DNA of 64,000 bases from Roseibacillus sp. (GTDB lineage: Bacteria > Verrucomicrobiota > Verrucomicrobiia > Verrucomicrobiales > Akkermansiaceae): positions 320,001 through 384,000 of the forward strand of contig JBPOGI010000001.1 in the NCBI GenBank assembly GCA_051251855.1. The letters run 5' to 3'. Position 1 is the stretch's first letter, and every line of letters begins with the position of its first letter. The notes under the pieces are model-generated. The model saw only the letters and a program-made list of their open reading frames with translations. It searched no databases and was not told the origin of the DNA. Below are positions 1 through 9,535 of this stretch, piece after piece. Made by a program: the position numbers and the translations under genes.

Positions 1-373
1 CGATGCGGCGGAGATGGCAGCGGAGGAAGAAGGGGTGGCTCTCTATCATGTGGAGGTGAAGCCTGATGGCGAGGGTCCTTTGGGAGTGGCGCGGGTGCGT
101 TTCCTGGATGTGGCTAACAATGAGATGGTGGAGCGAGAGTGGGAGATTACGCACGAGGGGGAGGCGGCGACTTTGAGTGAGGCGGATGAGAAGATGCGTT
201 TGGCCGGGGTGGCTGGATTGGTGGCTGAGAAGTTGGCACGCAGTGCAGTGGGTGAGCGGGCGGAATGGGACGAATTGTTAGAGATGACGCGTCAGTTGAA
301 GACTGTTTTTCCGAAGGAGAAGCGCGTGAGTGATTTGGAGCGAATGATTGAGCTGGCGAAAGGTTTGGAATGA
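1..373 (+). CDS. 3' end of a gene truncated by the window edge; probably the C-terminal domain of a vWA (YfbK/DUF3520-like) protein
   Basis: Open frame from the window edge (DAAEMAAEEEGVALYHVEV...RVRF...RLAGVAGLVAEKL) resembles the C-terminus of YfbK-like vWA proteins; its stop overlaps the next ATG (ATGA). Confidence 0.55.
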   Translation, partial: DAAEMAAEEEGVALYHVEVKPDGEGPLGVARVRFLDVANNEMVEREWEITHEGEAATLSEADEKMRLAGVAGLVAEKLARSAVGERAEWDELLEMTRQLKTVFPKEKRVSDLERMIELAKGLE

Positions 374-3300
374 GAACGATGAAAAGAGAATTTGTGATGA
401 TGAAGAGTGTTTGGAATTTGGTGAGTGGGGTTTTTGGTCGTGGTTGTGAAAATCGGTTCGGCGGGGCCCCGACTTTGTCGGGGGAACCCGGTCGCAGACC
501 AGCGCTCCCAGTGACGGTGTTGGCGCTTGCCTTTACTTTTGCTCAGGCGGAGGAGGCGTCGGTGACGATTGATGTGAAGGGTAAGGAGCCAGTGCCGGTC
601 TATTATTCGGCGGTGGTGGAGCATGGGGTTTCCATTGATGGGGAGTTGGTGACGCATGAGGCGGAGATTTCAGTGAAGCTGATTCAAGGGGAGGCGAAGA
701 CCTTTTCTTTTGCCTTGTTAGGTGGCGGTGAGGTGACAGGGGTGGAGAGTTTGGGCGAAGGGGAGTCTGTGCTTGAGAGCTGGGCCACGCGTCAGGGAGA
801 ATCGTCGGCTTTCTTGGATATTACGGTGAAGGCTCAGGCGAAGAGTTATCGCTTTGCAGTGAAGGCGGAACAGGATTTGGTTGAGCTTCCGGAAGAGACT
901 TGGATGTGGAATCTGGGGCCCGGGGATGCGGTAGGCTTTAAGGCTGAGCTTGCAGTGGCGGTGGAGCCGGGGACGGTTGCGGAGTTCGATAAGTTGATTG
1001 GGGTGACTCCTGAGCGGAAGGAAGAGGAGAAGACGGGTTGGAAGAATCTTTTGGGTGCGGGCCCCGTGACGCGAAAATTGGTGACCACGACGGGTGGGGA
1101 GATTTATCTGATTGTTCGTAAGGATGGGGTGCCGGTTGAGAAGATTGAGTTGTTAGGGGCGTCGCTGACAGGGGGCGTTGATGAGGAATCTGAAGCAGCC
1201 GCTTTTGTGCTGCGAGGTGAGTTGGTGGCTCATGATGAGGGGGTGGTGCTTCCTTTGTTAGGCGGAGGCGCGGCGGTTCCCAAGTTGCCAAGCATTGAGG
1301 GACTTCGGTTTTTTGTGAAGGATGAGCACTACTTTGTGGAGGCGGAGAAGGCGGGGCGCTATGAGCTTTCGCTCTCGTTTGTGGCGAAGTTGATTCGGGA
1401 GGCGGAGGGAAGCCGGATTTACTTCACTACGCCTTCGACGACTGTTTTGCCCTTGGATTTGGCTGGGTTGGACGGAGTGAAGTTTTCGGATGGTCTGGCG
1501 GTGCAGCCGGTGCTGAAGGATGGAATTTGGCAGGGCTATGTGCCTGCATCGGGGTTGGTTTCGTTGGGTTGGAGTGAGGCTGGTGAGGAAGAAGATGGAG
1601 CGCTCTTTTTCTCTAGTGAGGGGTTGGTCGATATTCAGGTGGGTGCGGGTTTGCTGCGGCAGGATTCGTATCTCGGTTTGCGCATTTTGCAGGGTGAGAT
1701 GGAAGAGGTGTTGTTAGAGCTTGCTGGCCCGGGAGACGTGTTGGCAGTGGAGGGGGATGATGTTCTTTCGTGGGAACGTGGTGAGGAGGGGTTGCGGGTG
1801 AGATTTAAGGAAGCGGCTGGGCAGCAGGTTCGGCTGCGGGTGCGGAGTCAGGTGGCTTTGGAGGCTTTTCCAGTAGAGTCGGAGACGTTGCGAATTCGGC
1901 CCGAAGGAACAGTTCGCCATGCGGGGTATTTGCGGGTGCGCAACGAGGGTGCAGTGCGCTTGGAGGTAGGTTCGGTGGAAGGATTGATGCAGTTGGCTCC
2001 GAATGAGTTTCCTGGTGAGGAAGTGCAGGCGCGTCAGCAATTTGTCTATCGCTTCCCGACGAACGAATATGCGGTCTCGTTGGAGGCGTCGCAAATATCG
2101 CCCGAAGTCTCAATTGCGGAGACGCTGGTGTATGAGTTGGGGGATAGTGATCGGAGTATTCAGGCGGATGTGGAATTGGATATTCGAGAGGCTGCTCTGC
2201 GGGAGTGGGAGATGTCGGTGCCGGCGGATTACTCGGTGGTCTCGGTGAGTGGGGCTAAGGTGGGTGACTATGTGGTCGGGAGTGAAGCCCAAGAGGGGCT
2301 GCGGGTGTTGCGGGTGATTTTTTCGGAAGAGGTATCGGGTCGTCAGTTGGTGAGTTTGTATTTGGAGAAGAATGAGCCGGTGGAAGAGGGTGAGTGGATT
2401 TTGCCTCGGATTGTGCATGCGGAGGCTAAGGCGGTGCGCGGTGATGTTGGCGTGGTGGGAGCTCCGGGGTTTCGGGTGACCATTGGGGCCATTGATAAGT
2501 TGGCCGAAAAGCCGTTATCGTTTTTTCCCAAGAAGTCGGAGGGGTTGCAATTGGCCTTTCGTGAGCGTGAGCGTGATTGGGCGGCCACTTTGCAGGTGGA
2601 GCGTTTGCCGCGCAGTGTGGAGGCGGATGTTTTTCATCTCTATTCGCTGAAGGACGGCACCGCTTTCGGAAGTGTGGTGGTGAACTATTTTATTACGGGA
2701 AGTCCGGTCGATGAGTGGAAGCTGAGGGTGCCTGAGAATGCAGGGAACGTGGCGATTGATGGCCAGAATGTGCGGACTTGGCGGAGGGAAGGGAACGAGG
2801 TGATTGTCACTCTGCAACAGCCAGTGATTGGACTTTATACGCTCCTGTTGACTTGCGAGGAAGTGGTGGGAGCGCAGGGTGGTGAAGTGCGGCCAGGTCG
2901 GGTGGAGCCGCTGGGTGTTCGCGGTGAGCGTGGCTTTGTGCAAGTGGTGAGCCCCGTGCAAGTGAAGTCTCAGGTGGGGACGGCGTCGGATGGCTTGTTG
3001 AAGTTAGATGCCTTGGAGTTGCCTGCGGAGTTCCGTCTTTCGAGTTCGGCTCCTTCGCTTGCGGTCTATCAATACACGGAGCGTCCTTTTGAGTTGGCGA
3101 TGAATGTGGAGTGGTATGAGCCTGGTGAGACGGTGGCTCAGGTGGTGGAGTTTGCGGAAGCTAAGAGCCGTATCTCGCGTGATGGCGAGGTGGTGACTGA
3201 TGCGGTCTACAGTGTGAAGACGCGTGGTGGGCGCGTGCTTCGGTTGGGCTTGCCGGAAGGGGTGCGCTTGTGGGAGGTGCGCGTGAATGGCGAAGCGGTC

Positions 3301-6300
3301 AATGCGCGTAAGGATGGTGATGCCACTTTGGTTCCTTTGCCCGCAGGAGCGGATGCAAACGAGACAGTGGAGGTAAAGGTTCGTTTTGGGCGATCGGCGG
3401 TGAGTGCGACTCATCCCAAGCTGGAATTGCCCACGGTGGCGGCTCCGGTTTTGAAGACGGAATGGAATATCAAAGGGGATGAGCGCCGTCGCTTGGTCTT
3501 GCGCAGTGAAGAGACGAATGCTTTGGAGTCGGGGGTGAGTGGTTTCAATTGGGTAGGTGGTAAAGGCTTGCTTCCAACTGCTCTTTTGATGGCTCTTTTG
3601 GCTGGGGCTGCAGTGTTAGGGCGCAAGACGCGCATTGGAGGAACGATTGTGCTGGGGTTGGCTTTGGCTCTTTTGGTTTTGCTCGTCATTGCTTCTCAAT
3701 ATGTCCCGCAAGAAGGAAGCTCGCAGCTCGATGTGGGAGTTCCTGTATTGGCCCCGGGTGAGGTCGTTGATGTGAAGGTGGGGAACTATGAAAAGGAGGG
3801 TGCTCGCTGGAGTATGGAAAGCCTTGCCGCTATTCTGGTAGGATTGATTTGGGCGGGATATGGTCTGGTGACTCGTGCGAAAGCTTGGCACGTGTTTGGT
3901 GGTCTATTGGTTGCGGGAGCGGGTTGTCTCTGGATGGAGGGCGGTGCTTTTTGGTTCTTTATTCTGCTAGCAGTGATGGTTGCGGTGATGATTTGGTGTC
4001 TCTGGGCCTGCAAACCGAAGAGTAAAAAGGAGAAGCCTGAGGGCCCAAGCGAGAATGGTGGTTCCAAGGCTGCAGCTACAGCACTCCTGCTACTGAGTTC
4101 GGGATTGTTCTTTGGCGAGCCTGCCCAGGGTGAAGTTTTGGGGGCGGCGGAAAGTCTGTCGCAAAAATGGACCGTTGATGACGATCGGATTTCGGCGAGT
4201 GCGGCGCTTTCGCTTCGGGGCGAAGTGGGAGATGTCTACCGTCTTCTTGGAAGTGGGGTCACGTTGAAGGAGTTTGCGGGAGAGGGCTTGCGCTTGGGGT
4301 CGGATGGCGATGGTTATCTGGTGACGATTGTGGAGGTGGCTGGGACGGATACTCTAGAGGAGCCTGTTGCGACGGATCCGTTCGGAGGTGGAGATGAGGT
4401 TGAGGAAGTTTCGCCTGAAGTCGCAGTGGATTCGGGTGAACGGACGGCGACCTTTAGCTATGAGATTCGACAGGCGCCGAATGAGGTTCGTATTCCCACG
4501 GGGATTGCGGCGGCGCATGTGTTGGAGGTGACTTTGCAAAAGTCCGGCTGGTCGATTCGTTGTGAGAAAGCGGCGCAGGTGACCGAGAGTGAAGTGGAGG
4601 GTGCAAGTGTGGCGGAGCTGATTCTCCTTCCTCGTGCCGAGGCGCTCGTGGTGATGAAGCCACGGGAGCGTGATCCGCTGAAGGAAGAAACGACCTATTT
4701 CGTGGAGGTGGGGAATGCCTATGTGCCAGGTCCCGGTTTGTTAGAGGGACGGCACTTGGTGGAGGTGCAGCCTTCGCAGGGAGTGGTGCGCCAGTTGAAG
4801 ATGGTGGTGCCCGAGGGCTTGGCGGTGAGTGATGTCAGTGATGGTCCAGTGGCGGATTGGCGCTTTAGTGCCGAGAGTCGAGAGCTGGTGGTGGACTTGA
4901 ATAAGCCTCAGTCAGTAGCTTTTAGTATCTTTGTGGTGACTCAGAAGAGTTTGGGTTCCTTGCCGTTGGACTTGGCGGTTCAGCCCCTGCGGGTGTTGGG
5001 TGCAGAGCGTGAACTGGGTCTAATGGGGATTGCTTTCCGCGGGGAAGCGCAGTCGGAGCGGATTGAGGTGACGGGTTTGTTAGAGGTGAATCTTTCGGAC
5101 TTTACGAGTGGTCTTTTGCGCAAGGATGTGGAGGTTCTGCATCGGGCCTATCGCTATAATGCGGAAGAGGCGGAGGCGCGCTTGCGGATGGTGCCGGTGG
5201 CGCCCGAGGTTCGGGTGACGACCGAGGAAGTGCTATCACTGGGTGCAGAGCGGACTTTGTTGAAGGTGACGGCCAAGGTCGATATCACGCGAGCGGGGAT
5301 TTTCCGTTTTAGCTTCGCGGTGCCGGATGGATTTGAGGTGGAGTCCCTGAGCGGGGAGTCGATGAGCCATTGGAACGAAAGTGGGGAAGGCGCGGACCGC
5401 GTGGTGACCGTTCATCTGAAAGGACAAACTTTGGGGAGTCAGAATTTCTCCTTGGTGCTCTCGAGGACGGGAGCTCTTTCGGAAGAAGAGAGTGTGGAGG
5501 GCGATGCTGAGGCGGGCTGGACTGTGCCGAAGTTTGTGATTGTGGAGGCTGCGCGTCAGACGGGGCAGCTGGTGGTGCGGGCTGAGCAGGGTTTGCGGTT
5601 GCGCACTCTGTCGCGGAAGAATGTTTCAGAGGTAGATCCTCGTTCGGCGGGCGCGTCGAGTAAAGATGGGGCCGCATTGGCCTTCCGCCTTTTGCAAAAG
5701 GAGTGGGAGCTGGCGCTGGGAATCGAGCGGTTGGACCCTTGGGTGACCGGCCAGGTTCTGCAGGAGGTGACTTTGCGTGAAGGTCAGACGCGGAACTTAG
5801 TGGTTGCTTCACTGAAGGTGGAGAATGCGGCAGTGCGTCGGGTGCTGGTTCGCTTTTCGAATCTCAGCGAGGAGATGGCGAAGACTCTGCGCGCGAGCGG
5901 TTCGGCGGTGAGTGGTATTTCGCCCGTGGAAGGTGAAGAGGGACTTTGGGAGATCGGGTTCAAGCGCCGGGTGATCGGGAATCAGCAATTGCGCATTGAG
6001 TGGGAGCGCACAGGTGAGCGTGCTGATGGGGTGGATTCGGTGCAGGCACTTGTGTTCCCAGAGCTTCGTCAGGTTTCGTCCTATGTGGCGTTGCGAGCGG
6101 GAGCTCAGTTGGAGGTGACCCTAGGCGATTTGACCGAAGGGTGGTATCGCCTGGATTGGAATGCAGTGCCGAGCGAGCTTCGTGATGCGGGGGCGGGAGG
6201 GATTCCTGCTTTGGCTTTGCGGTCGGGTGCTAGTCCGCTGCAGGTGTCGGTGACGCGCCATGCGGTGGCGGAGGCGCTGAAGTTGAGGGTTTCTAAGGGT

Positions 6301-7353
6301 GAATTGACGACGGTGGTATCGCCGAAGGGTGACCTTTTTACGGCCGTGAAGTTACAGATGAAGGTGATTCAGCGGAGCACGCTGCGGATTGCTTTTGAAG
6401 CAGAGGGTGAGCTCTTCAATGTTTTTGTGAATGGCGAAAGTGTGGGGGTGGTGCGTGATGGTGCCGGCTACCTCTTCTATGTTGTGCCGGGAACGGGCGG
6501 AAGCGAGGCAGAGGTTGAGTTCGCTTATGCCGTCGATGGAGATGCCGGGAAGACCTTGGCTTTGCAGAGTCCTGAGATTTCGGTTCCTTTGGAGAATATT
6601 GAGTGGCGCGTGATTGTTCCCGAAGGTTACGAGCTGAACGATATTGGTGGTGACTTGGAGTTGAAAGAAGAGGAGGGGAGTAAGTTCTTTGGCAAGGATT
6701 CCTACCTTTCTTCGATTAAGAGTCGTTCGATGTTAGAGAAGAAAAAGGCTCAGGCTGCTTTCGATAAGGCAGACAGTCTTCTGCAGGCGGGTCAGCAGGC
6801 GGAGGCGTTGCAGCTCTATCAGAATGTGGCGAACAACTACAACTTGGATGGCGCGACCAATGAGGATGCGCGGGTGAAATTGAATCGAGTGCAGACCGAT
6901 CAGGTAGTGGCTGGATTGAACTCACGGCGTCAGCGGCTCTATCTCGACAACCGAGTGGAGGATATCGGTGGGTTTAGGAATAGCCAGTTAGAGATGGCGG
7001 CAGCTTCGAACGCGATTTTGACGGGAGACGTGAATTTCCGCCCTGACCAATTAGAGGCTTTGTTGGTCGGGAACTCGTTGGAGGAGAATGATTTTTTACG
7101 CCGTATTGCGGACCGTCTTGTGAAGCATCAGAAAGCGAGTGAGCCTGCTCCGCAGGCGATTTCGGTTCCTGTTCCGGAGGAGGGGAAAGTCTTTATTTTC
7201 CGTCGCTCAGTGAGAGTGGATGAAGATAAGCCGCTGGCGCTGGAGATGGCGCTTCAGCGGGATGGGTCGGCGAGCATGGTGAGGTTGATTCTCGTTGGGT
7301 TGTTGTTGGTGACTGGCGCTGGGTGTGTGGCGTTTGGAGTTCGGAAGGCTTGA
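370..7353 (+). CDS. Very large (2327 aa) membrane-anchored hypothetical protein with internal duplication
   Basis: Uninterrupted ORF with an N-terminal signal-like segment (VLALAFTFAQA-EE), about 5 central hydrophobic helices, an internal signal-like segment and a C-terminal TM anchor ending in RKA. Exact start uncertain. Confidence 0.85.
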   Translation: MRTMKREFVMMKSVWNLVSGVFGRGCENRFGGAPTLSGEPGRRPALPVTVLALAFTFAQAEEASVTIDVKGKEPVPVYYSAVVEHGVSIDGELVTHEAEISVKLIQGEAKTFSFALLGGGEVTGVESLGEGESVLESWATRQGESSAFLDITVKAQAKSYRFAVKAEQDLVELPEETWMWNLGPGDAVGFKAELAVAVEPGTVAEFDKLIGVTPERKEEEKTGWKNLLGAGPVTRKLVTTTGGEIYLIVRKDGVPVEKIELLGASLTGGVDEESEAAAFVLRGELVAHDEGVVLPLLGGGAAVPKLPSIEGLRFFVKDEHYFVEAEKAGRYELSLSFVAKLIREAEGSRIYFTTPSTTVLPLDLAGLDGVKFSDGLAVQPVLKDGIWQGYVPASGLVSLGWSEAGEEEDGALFFSSEGLVDIQVGAGLLRQDSYLGLRILQGEMEEVLLELAGPGDVLAVEGDDVLSWERGEEGLRVRFKEAAGQQVRLRVRSQVALEAFPVESETLRIRPEGTVRHAGYLRVRNEGAVRLEVGSVEGLMQLAPNEFPGEEVQARQQFVYRFPTNEYAVSLEASQISPEVSIAETLVYELGDSDRSIQADVELDIREAALREWEMSVPADYSVVSVSGAKVGDYVVGSEAQEGLRVLRVIFSEEVSGRQLVSLYLEKNEPVEEGEWILPRIVHAEAKAVRGDVGVVGAPGFRVTIGAIDKLAEKPLSFFPKKSEGLQLAFRERERDWAATLQVERLPRSVEADVFHLYSLKDGTAFGSVVVNYFITGSPVDEWKLRVPENAGNVAIDGQNVRTWRREGNEVIVTLQQPVIGLYTLLLTCEEVVGAQGGEVRPGRVEPLGVRGERGFVQVVSPVQVKSQVGTASDGLLKLDALELPAEFRLSSSAPSLAVYQYTERPFELAMNVEWYEPGETVAQVVEFAEAKSRISRDGEVVTDAVYSVKTRGGRVLRLGLPEGVRLWEVRVNGEAVNARKDGDATLVPLPAGADANETVEVKVRFGRSAVSATHPKLELPTVAAPVLKTEWNIKGDERRRLVLRSEETNALESGVSGFNWVGGKGLLPTALLMALLAGAAVLGRKTRIGGTIVLGLALALLVLLVIASQYVPQEGSSQLDVGVPVLAPGEVVDVKVGNYEKEGARWSMESLAAILVGLIWAGYGLVTRAKAWHVFGGLLVAGAGCLWMEGGAFWFFILLAVMVAVMIWCLWACKPKSKKEKPEGPSENGGSKAAATALLLLSSGLFFGEPAQGEVLGAAESLSQKWTVDDDRISASAALSLRGEVGDVYRLLGSGVTLKEFAGEGLRLGSDGDGYLVTIVEVAGTDTLEEPVATDPFGGGDEVEEVSPEVAVDSGERTATFSYEIRQAPNEVRIPTGIAAAHVLEVTLQKSGWSIRCEKAAQVTESEVEGASVAELILLPRAEALVVMKPRERDPLKEETTYFVEVGNAYVPGPGLLEGRHLVEVQPSQGVVRQLKMVVPEGLAVSDVSDGPVADWRFSAESRELVVDLNKPQSVAFSIFVVTQKSLGSLPLDLAVQPLRVLGAERELGLMGIAFRGEAQSERIEVTGLLEVNLSDFTSGLLRKDVEVLHRAYRYNAEEAEARLRMVPVAPEVRVTTEEVLSLGAERTLLKVTAKVDITRAGIFRFSFAVPDGFEVESLSGESMSHWNESGEGADRVVTVHLKGQTLGSQNFSLVLSRTGALSEEESVEGDAEAGWTVPKFVIVEAARQTGQLVVRAEQGLRLRTLSRKNVSEVDPRSAGASSKDGAALAFRLLQKEWELALGIERLDPWVTGQVLQEVTLREGQTRNLVVASLKVENAAVRRVLVRFSNLSEEMAKTLRASGSAVSGISPVEGEEGLWEIGFKRRVIGNQQLRIEWERTGERADGVDSVQALVFPELRQVSSYVALRAGAQLEVTLGDLTEGWYRLDWNAVPSELRDAGAGGIPALALRSGASPLQVSVTRHAVAEALKLRVSKGELTTVVSPKGDLFTAVKLQMKVIQRSTLRIAFEAEGELFNVFVNGESVGVVRDGAGYLFYVVPGTGGSEAEVEFAYAVDGDAGKTLALQSPEISVPLENIEWRVIVPEGYELNDIGGDLELKEEEGSKFFGKDSYLSSIKSRSMLEKKKAQAAFDKADSLLQAGQQAEALQLYQNVANNYNLDGATNEDARVKLNRVQTDQVVAGLNSRRQRLYLDNRVEDIGGFRNSQLEMAAASNAILTGDVNFRPDQLEALLVGNSLEENDFLRRIADRLVKHQKASEPAPQAISVPVPEEGKVFIFRRSVRVDEDKPLALEMALQRDGSASMVRLILVGLLLVTGAGCVAFGVRKA
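487..510. repeat. REP-like hairpin (CCGGTC-GCA-GACCAG + GCTCCCA) inside the 5' end of the large ORF
   Basis: Short imperfect hairpin followed by GCTCCC, the same architecture as the intergenic copies at ~9057-9080 and ~33472-33495. Confidence 0.45.
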
Positions 7354-7368
7354 GTGTTAACCTTTGGT

Positions 7369-7391
7369 GCGAGTGGGGGCACTCGCGGTCC
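7369..7391. repeat. REP-like hairpin GCGAGTG-GGGG-CACTCGC + GGTCC (may also act as a terminator)
   Basis: Perfect 7-bp stem 15 nt after the stop codon, with the same GGTCC tail as the hairpin at 42417-42438. Confidence 0.55.
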
Positions 7392-7427
7392 TTGATAGAA
7401 TGCAGAGGCTGAGAGAGTAGGGGATGG

Positions 7428-8921
7428 ATGAAGATTATTCTTTCTCTAGGTCTCTTTCTAATGGCGAGCTTGTCGGCTGTCGCGGCTGAGCGGCCGAATA
7501 TTCTTTGGATTTTTTCGGAGGATTTGTCGCCCTATATGGGGTGTTACGGGGATCCGATTAACAAAGAGCATACGCCAGCGATTGACCAGTTTGCGAAGGA
7601 GGGGGTTCTTTTTAAGAGAGCCTATATGCCCGCTCCGGTGTGTTCGGCTTGTCGCTCGGCGATGATTACAGGGGTTTATCAAACGACGACGGGAACGCAT
7701 CAGCATCGCTCTTCTCGTTGGCCAAATGGGAAGTTGGTGCCTGAAGAAGTGCGGATTCAATTGCCCGAAGGGATGAAGACGGTGCCAGAGCTGTTTCGGG
7801 ATGCTGGTTACTTCACCTTTAACGCGGGTAAGGATGATTACAATTTTCATTACGATCGCAGGGCTCTCTACAGCGTGGGTACGGCTTCGATGTACGAGGT
7901 CGGAATGAATGGATGGCAGGGGAATAAGGCTGAGCCTATTAATACCTTCACCCAACATACTTGGGGTGATTGTCCCGAGGATCAGCCTTGGTTTGGGCAA
8001 ATTATGATTTGGGGCGGGAAGGCGAATGCGAAGCATGTGCGCAAGGGAGAGAAGTTGGCAAATGATGAGGTGCCTTTGCCTCCCTACTTCCCTGAGACGC
8101 CTGGGTTAAGGAGCGGTTGGACAACGCACTACAATGCGGCACGGGGGGCGGACAAGCAGGTGGAGGATATCTTGGCGCAGTTGAAGGAGGACGGGCAGAT
8201 AGAGAATACGATTGTGTTTTTCTTTTCGGACCATGGGAATAATCAATCATTGCGACACAAGCAGTTTTGCTACGAAGGTGGGGTGCATGTGCCGTTGATG
8301 GTTCAGGGGAAGCACCCAAAGCTGCAGGCGGGAGTAGTGCGTGATGATTTAGTGCTTGGGTTGGATGTTTCGGCGACGACGCTGGCACTGGCAGAGATTG
8401 AGGTGCCTGATTATTTTCATGGGCGTGACTTGTTTGCAGAAGAGCATAGCCCTCGTGATTACGTGGTTTCGGCTCGAGACCGATGTGATTACACCATTGA
8501 TCGCAGTCGCACAGTACGGACAGAGAAGTATCGTTATATTCGTAACTATTACCCTGAGCGGGCATTGTTGCAGCCTCAGTATCGGGACAAGCAGGCAGCG
8601 GTGATTGAGTTTCGAGCTCTGCATGAGGAAGGGAAACTGTCAGATTATCAGGAGGAGCATTGGTTTGGGATTCGTCCTGAGGAAGAGCTCTACAATATTG
8701 CGGAGGACCCGCATCAAATGACGAATCTTGCGCTCAACTCTGAATTTGGACAGGAGTTGAAGAAGCATCGTGAGATTCTGGACAAGTGGATTGTCGAGAC
8801 CGGTGATCAAGGGGAAGTTGCAGAGAGTGCTACGTCCTTGCGTCCGACTTATGAACTCTGGAAAGACAATCCGATTTTTAAGAATGCGAAGGTCAATCCG
8901 GAGTATGAGCAGTTTCGTTAG
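7428..8921 (+). CDS. Exported Cys-type (formylglycine) sulfatase
   Basis: Signal peptide, RPNILWIFSED, catalytic motif variant CSACRSAMITG, FFSDHG, YEGGVHVPL. Confidence 0.92.
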   Translation: MKIILSLGLFLMASLSAVAAERPNILWIFSEDLSPYMGCYGDPINKEHTPAIDQFAKEGVLFKRAYMPAPVCSACRSAMITGVYQTTTGTHQHRSSRWPNGKLVPEEVRIQLPEGMKTVPELFRDAGYFTFNAGKDDYNFHYDRRALYSVGTASMYEVGMNGWQGNKAEPINTFTQHTWGDCPEDQPWFGQIMIWGGKANAKHVRKGEKLANDEVPLPPYFPETPGLRSGWTTHYNAARGADKQVEDILAQLKEDGQIENTIVFFFSDHGNNQSLRHKQFCYEGGVHVPLMVQGKHPKLQAGVVRDDLVLGLDVSATTLALAEIEVPDYFHGRDLFAEEHSPRDYVVSARDRCDYTIDRSRTVRTEKYRYIRNYYPERALLQPQYRDKQAAVIEFRALHEEGKLSDYQEEHWFGIRPEEELYNIAEDPHQMTNLALNSEFGQELKKHREILDKWIVETGDQGEVAESATSLRPTYELWKDNPIFKNAKVNPEYEQFR

Positions 8922-8973
8922 AAGGAGGGGGGCGACTTTAGTTGCCCAGATTCGAGCAGACTGCTTATGGATG

Positions 8974-9097
8974 ACTGAAGTCGAATGGCTCTGTGTTGAG
9001 GTTCAAGGGGCTGGGGAGTAGGCAGACCTACCCTTAACTGACGACAATTTTAGGTGGTGGCTTGGAAAGACCACGCTCCCGTTTCCTTGCATTCGAC
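8974..9097 (+). repeat. Dispersed intergenic repeat, copy 1
   Basis: 9021-9097 matches the reverse complement of 33455-33530, with an identical core GCTTGGAAAGACCACGCTCCCGTTTCCTTGC. 8974-8995 (ACTGAAGTCGAATGGCTCTGTG) matches the reverse complement of 33665-33686 with one mismatch. Confidence 0.85.
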
Positions 9098-9165
9098 CGA
9101 AGTTGGCTCTCCTTTCTGAGAAAGAGATGCTTGCGTCCTAACGATTCCCGGCTCACCTTCGTTGC

Positions 9166-9259
9166 GGAGAGTTATGCGTGCCTGGTGGCCGCCGCGGTCT
9201 TCAAAACCGTTGAAGCTTCTAACGGGGCTTGGTGGGTTCGATTCCTTCACTCTCCGCCA
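9166..9259 (+). tRNA. selC: tRNA-Sec (anticodon UCA)
   Basis: Acceptor GGAGAGT/ACTCTCC, discriminator G plus encoded CCA, long D stem with TGGT loop, anticodon arm GCGGT-CTTCAAA-ACCGT, long variable arm AAGCTTC-TAAC-GGGGCTT, T loop TTCGATT; 94 nt. Confidence 0.92.
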
Positions 9260-9292
9260 AACGCCACCCCAGTTTTCTGGGGTGGCGTTTGG
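9257..9292 (+). terminator. Perfect 16-bp inverted repeat directly after tRNA-Sec (probable terminator/processing hairpin)
   Basis: CCAAACGCCACCCCAG-TTTT-CTGGGGTGGCGTTTGG followed by TATTT. Confidence 0.75.
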
Positions 9293-9535
9293 TATTTCAG
9301 GGAAGAATGAGAAAGCGTCTGAGCAGTGAACGAAGGAGGGATTGAGCTTCATGGAGGATGGAAAGGGGGAGCTGAGCCCGAAATCGGCAGGTCTTCTAGA
9401 CCGTGGGGGATTTTGTGGTTTTGTAAGAAAGGGTGAAGGCTGAAAACGAAATTCCTCTCTTGTTTGAGGGCTTTGGAGATCAGGTTGTCAGAGATTGCTT
9501 CCACCTTGGAGACTGAGCGATACTGTGGGGGAGTG

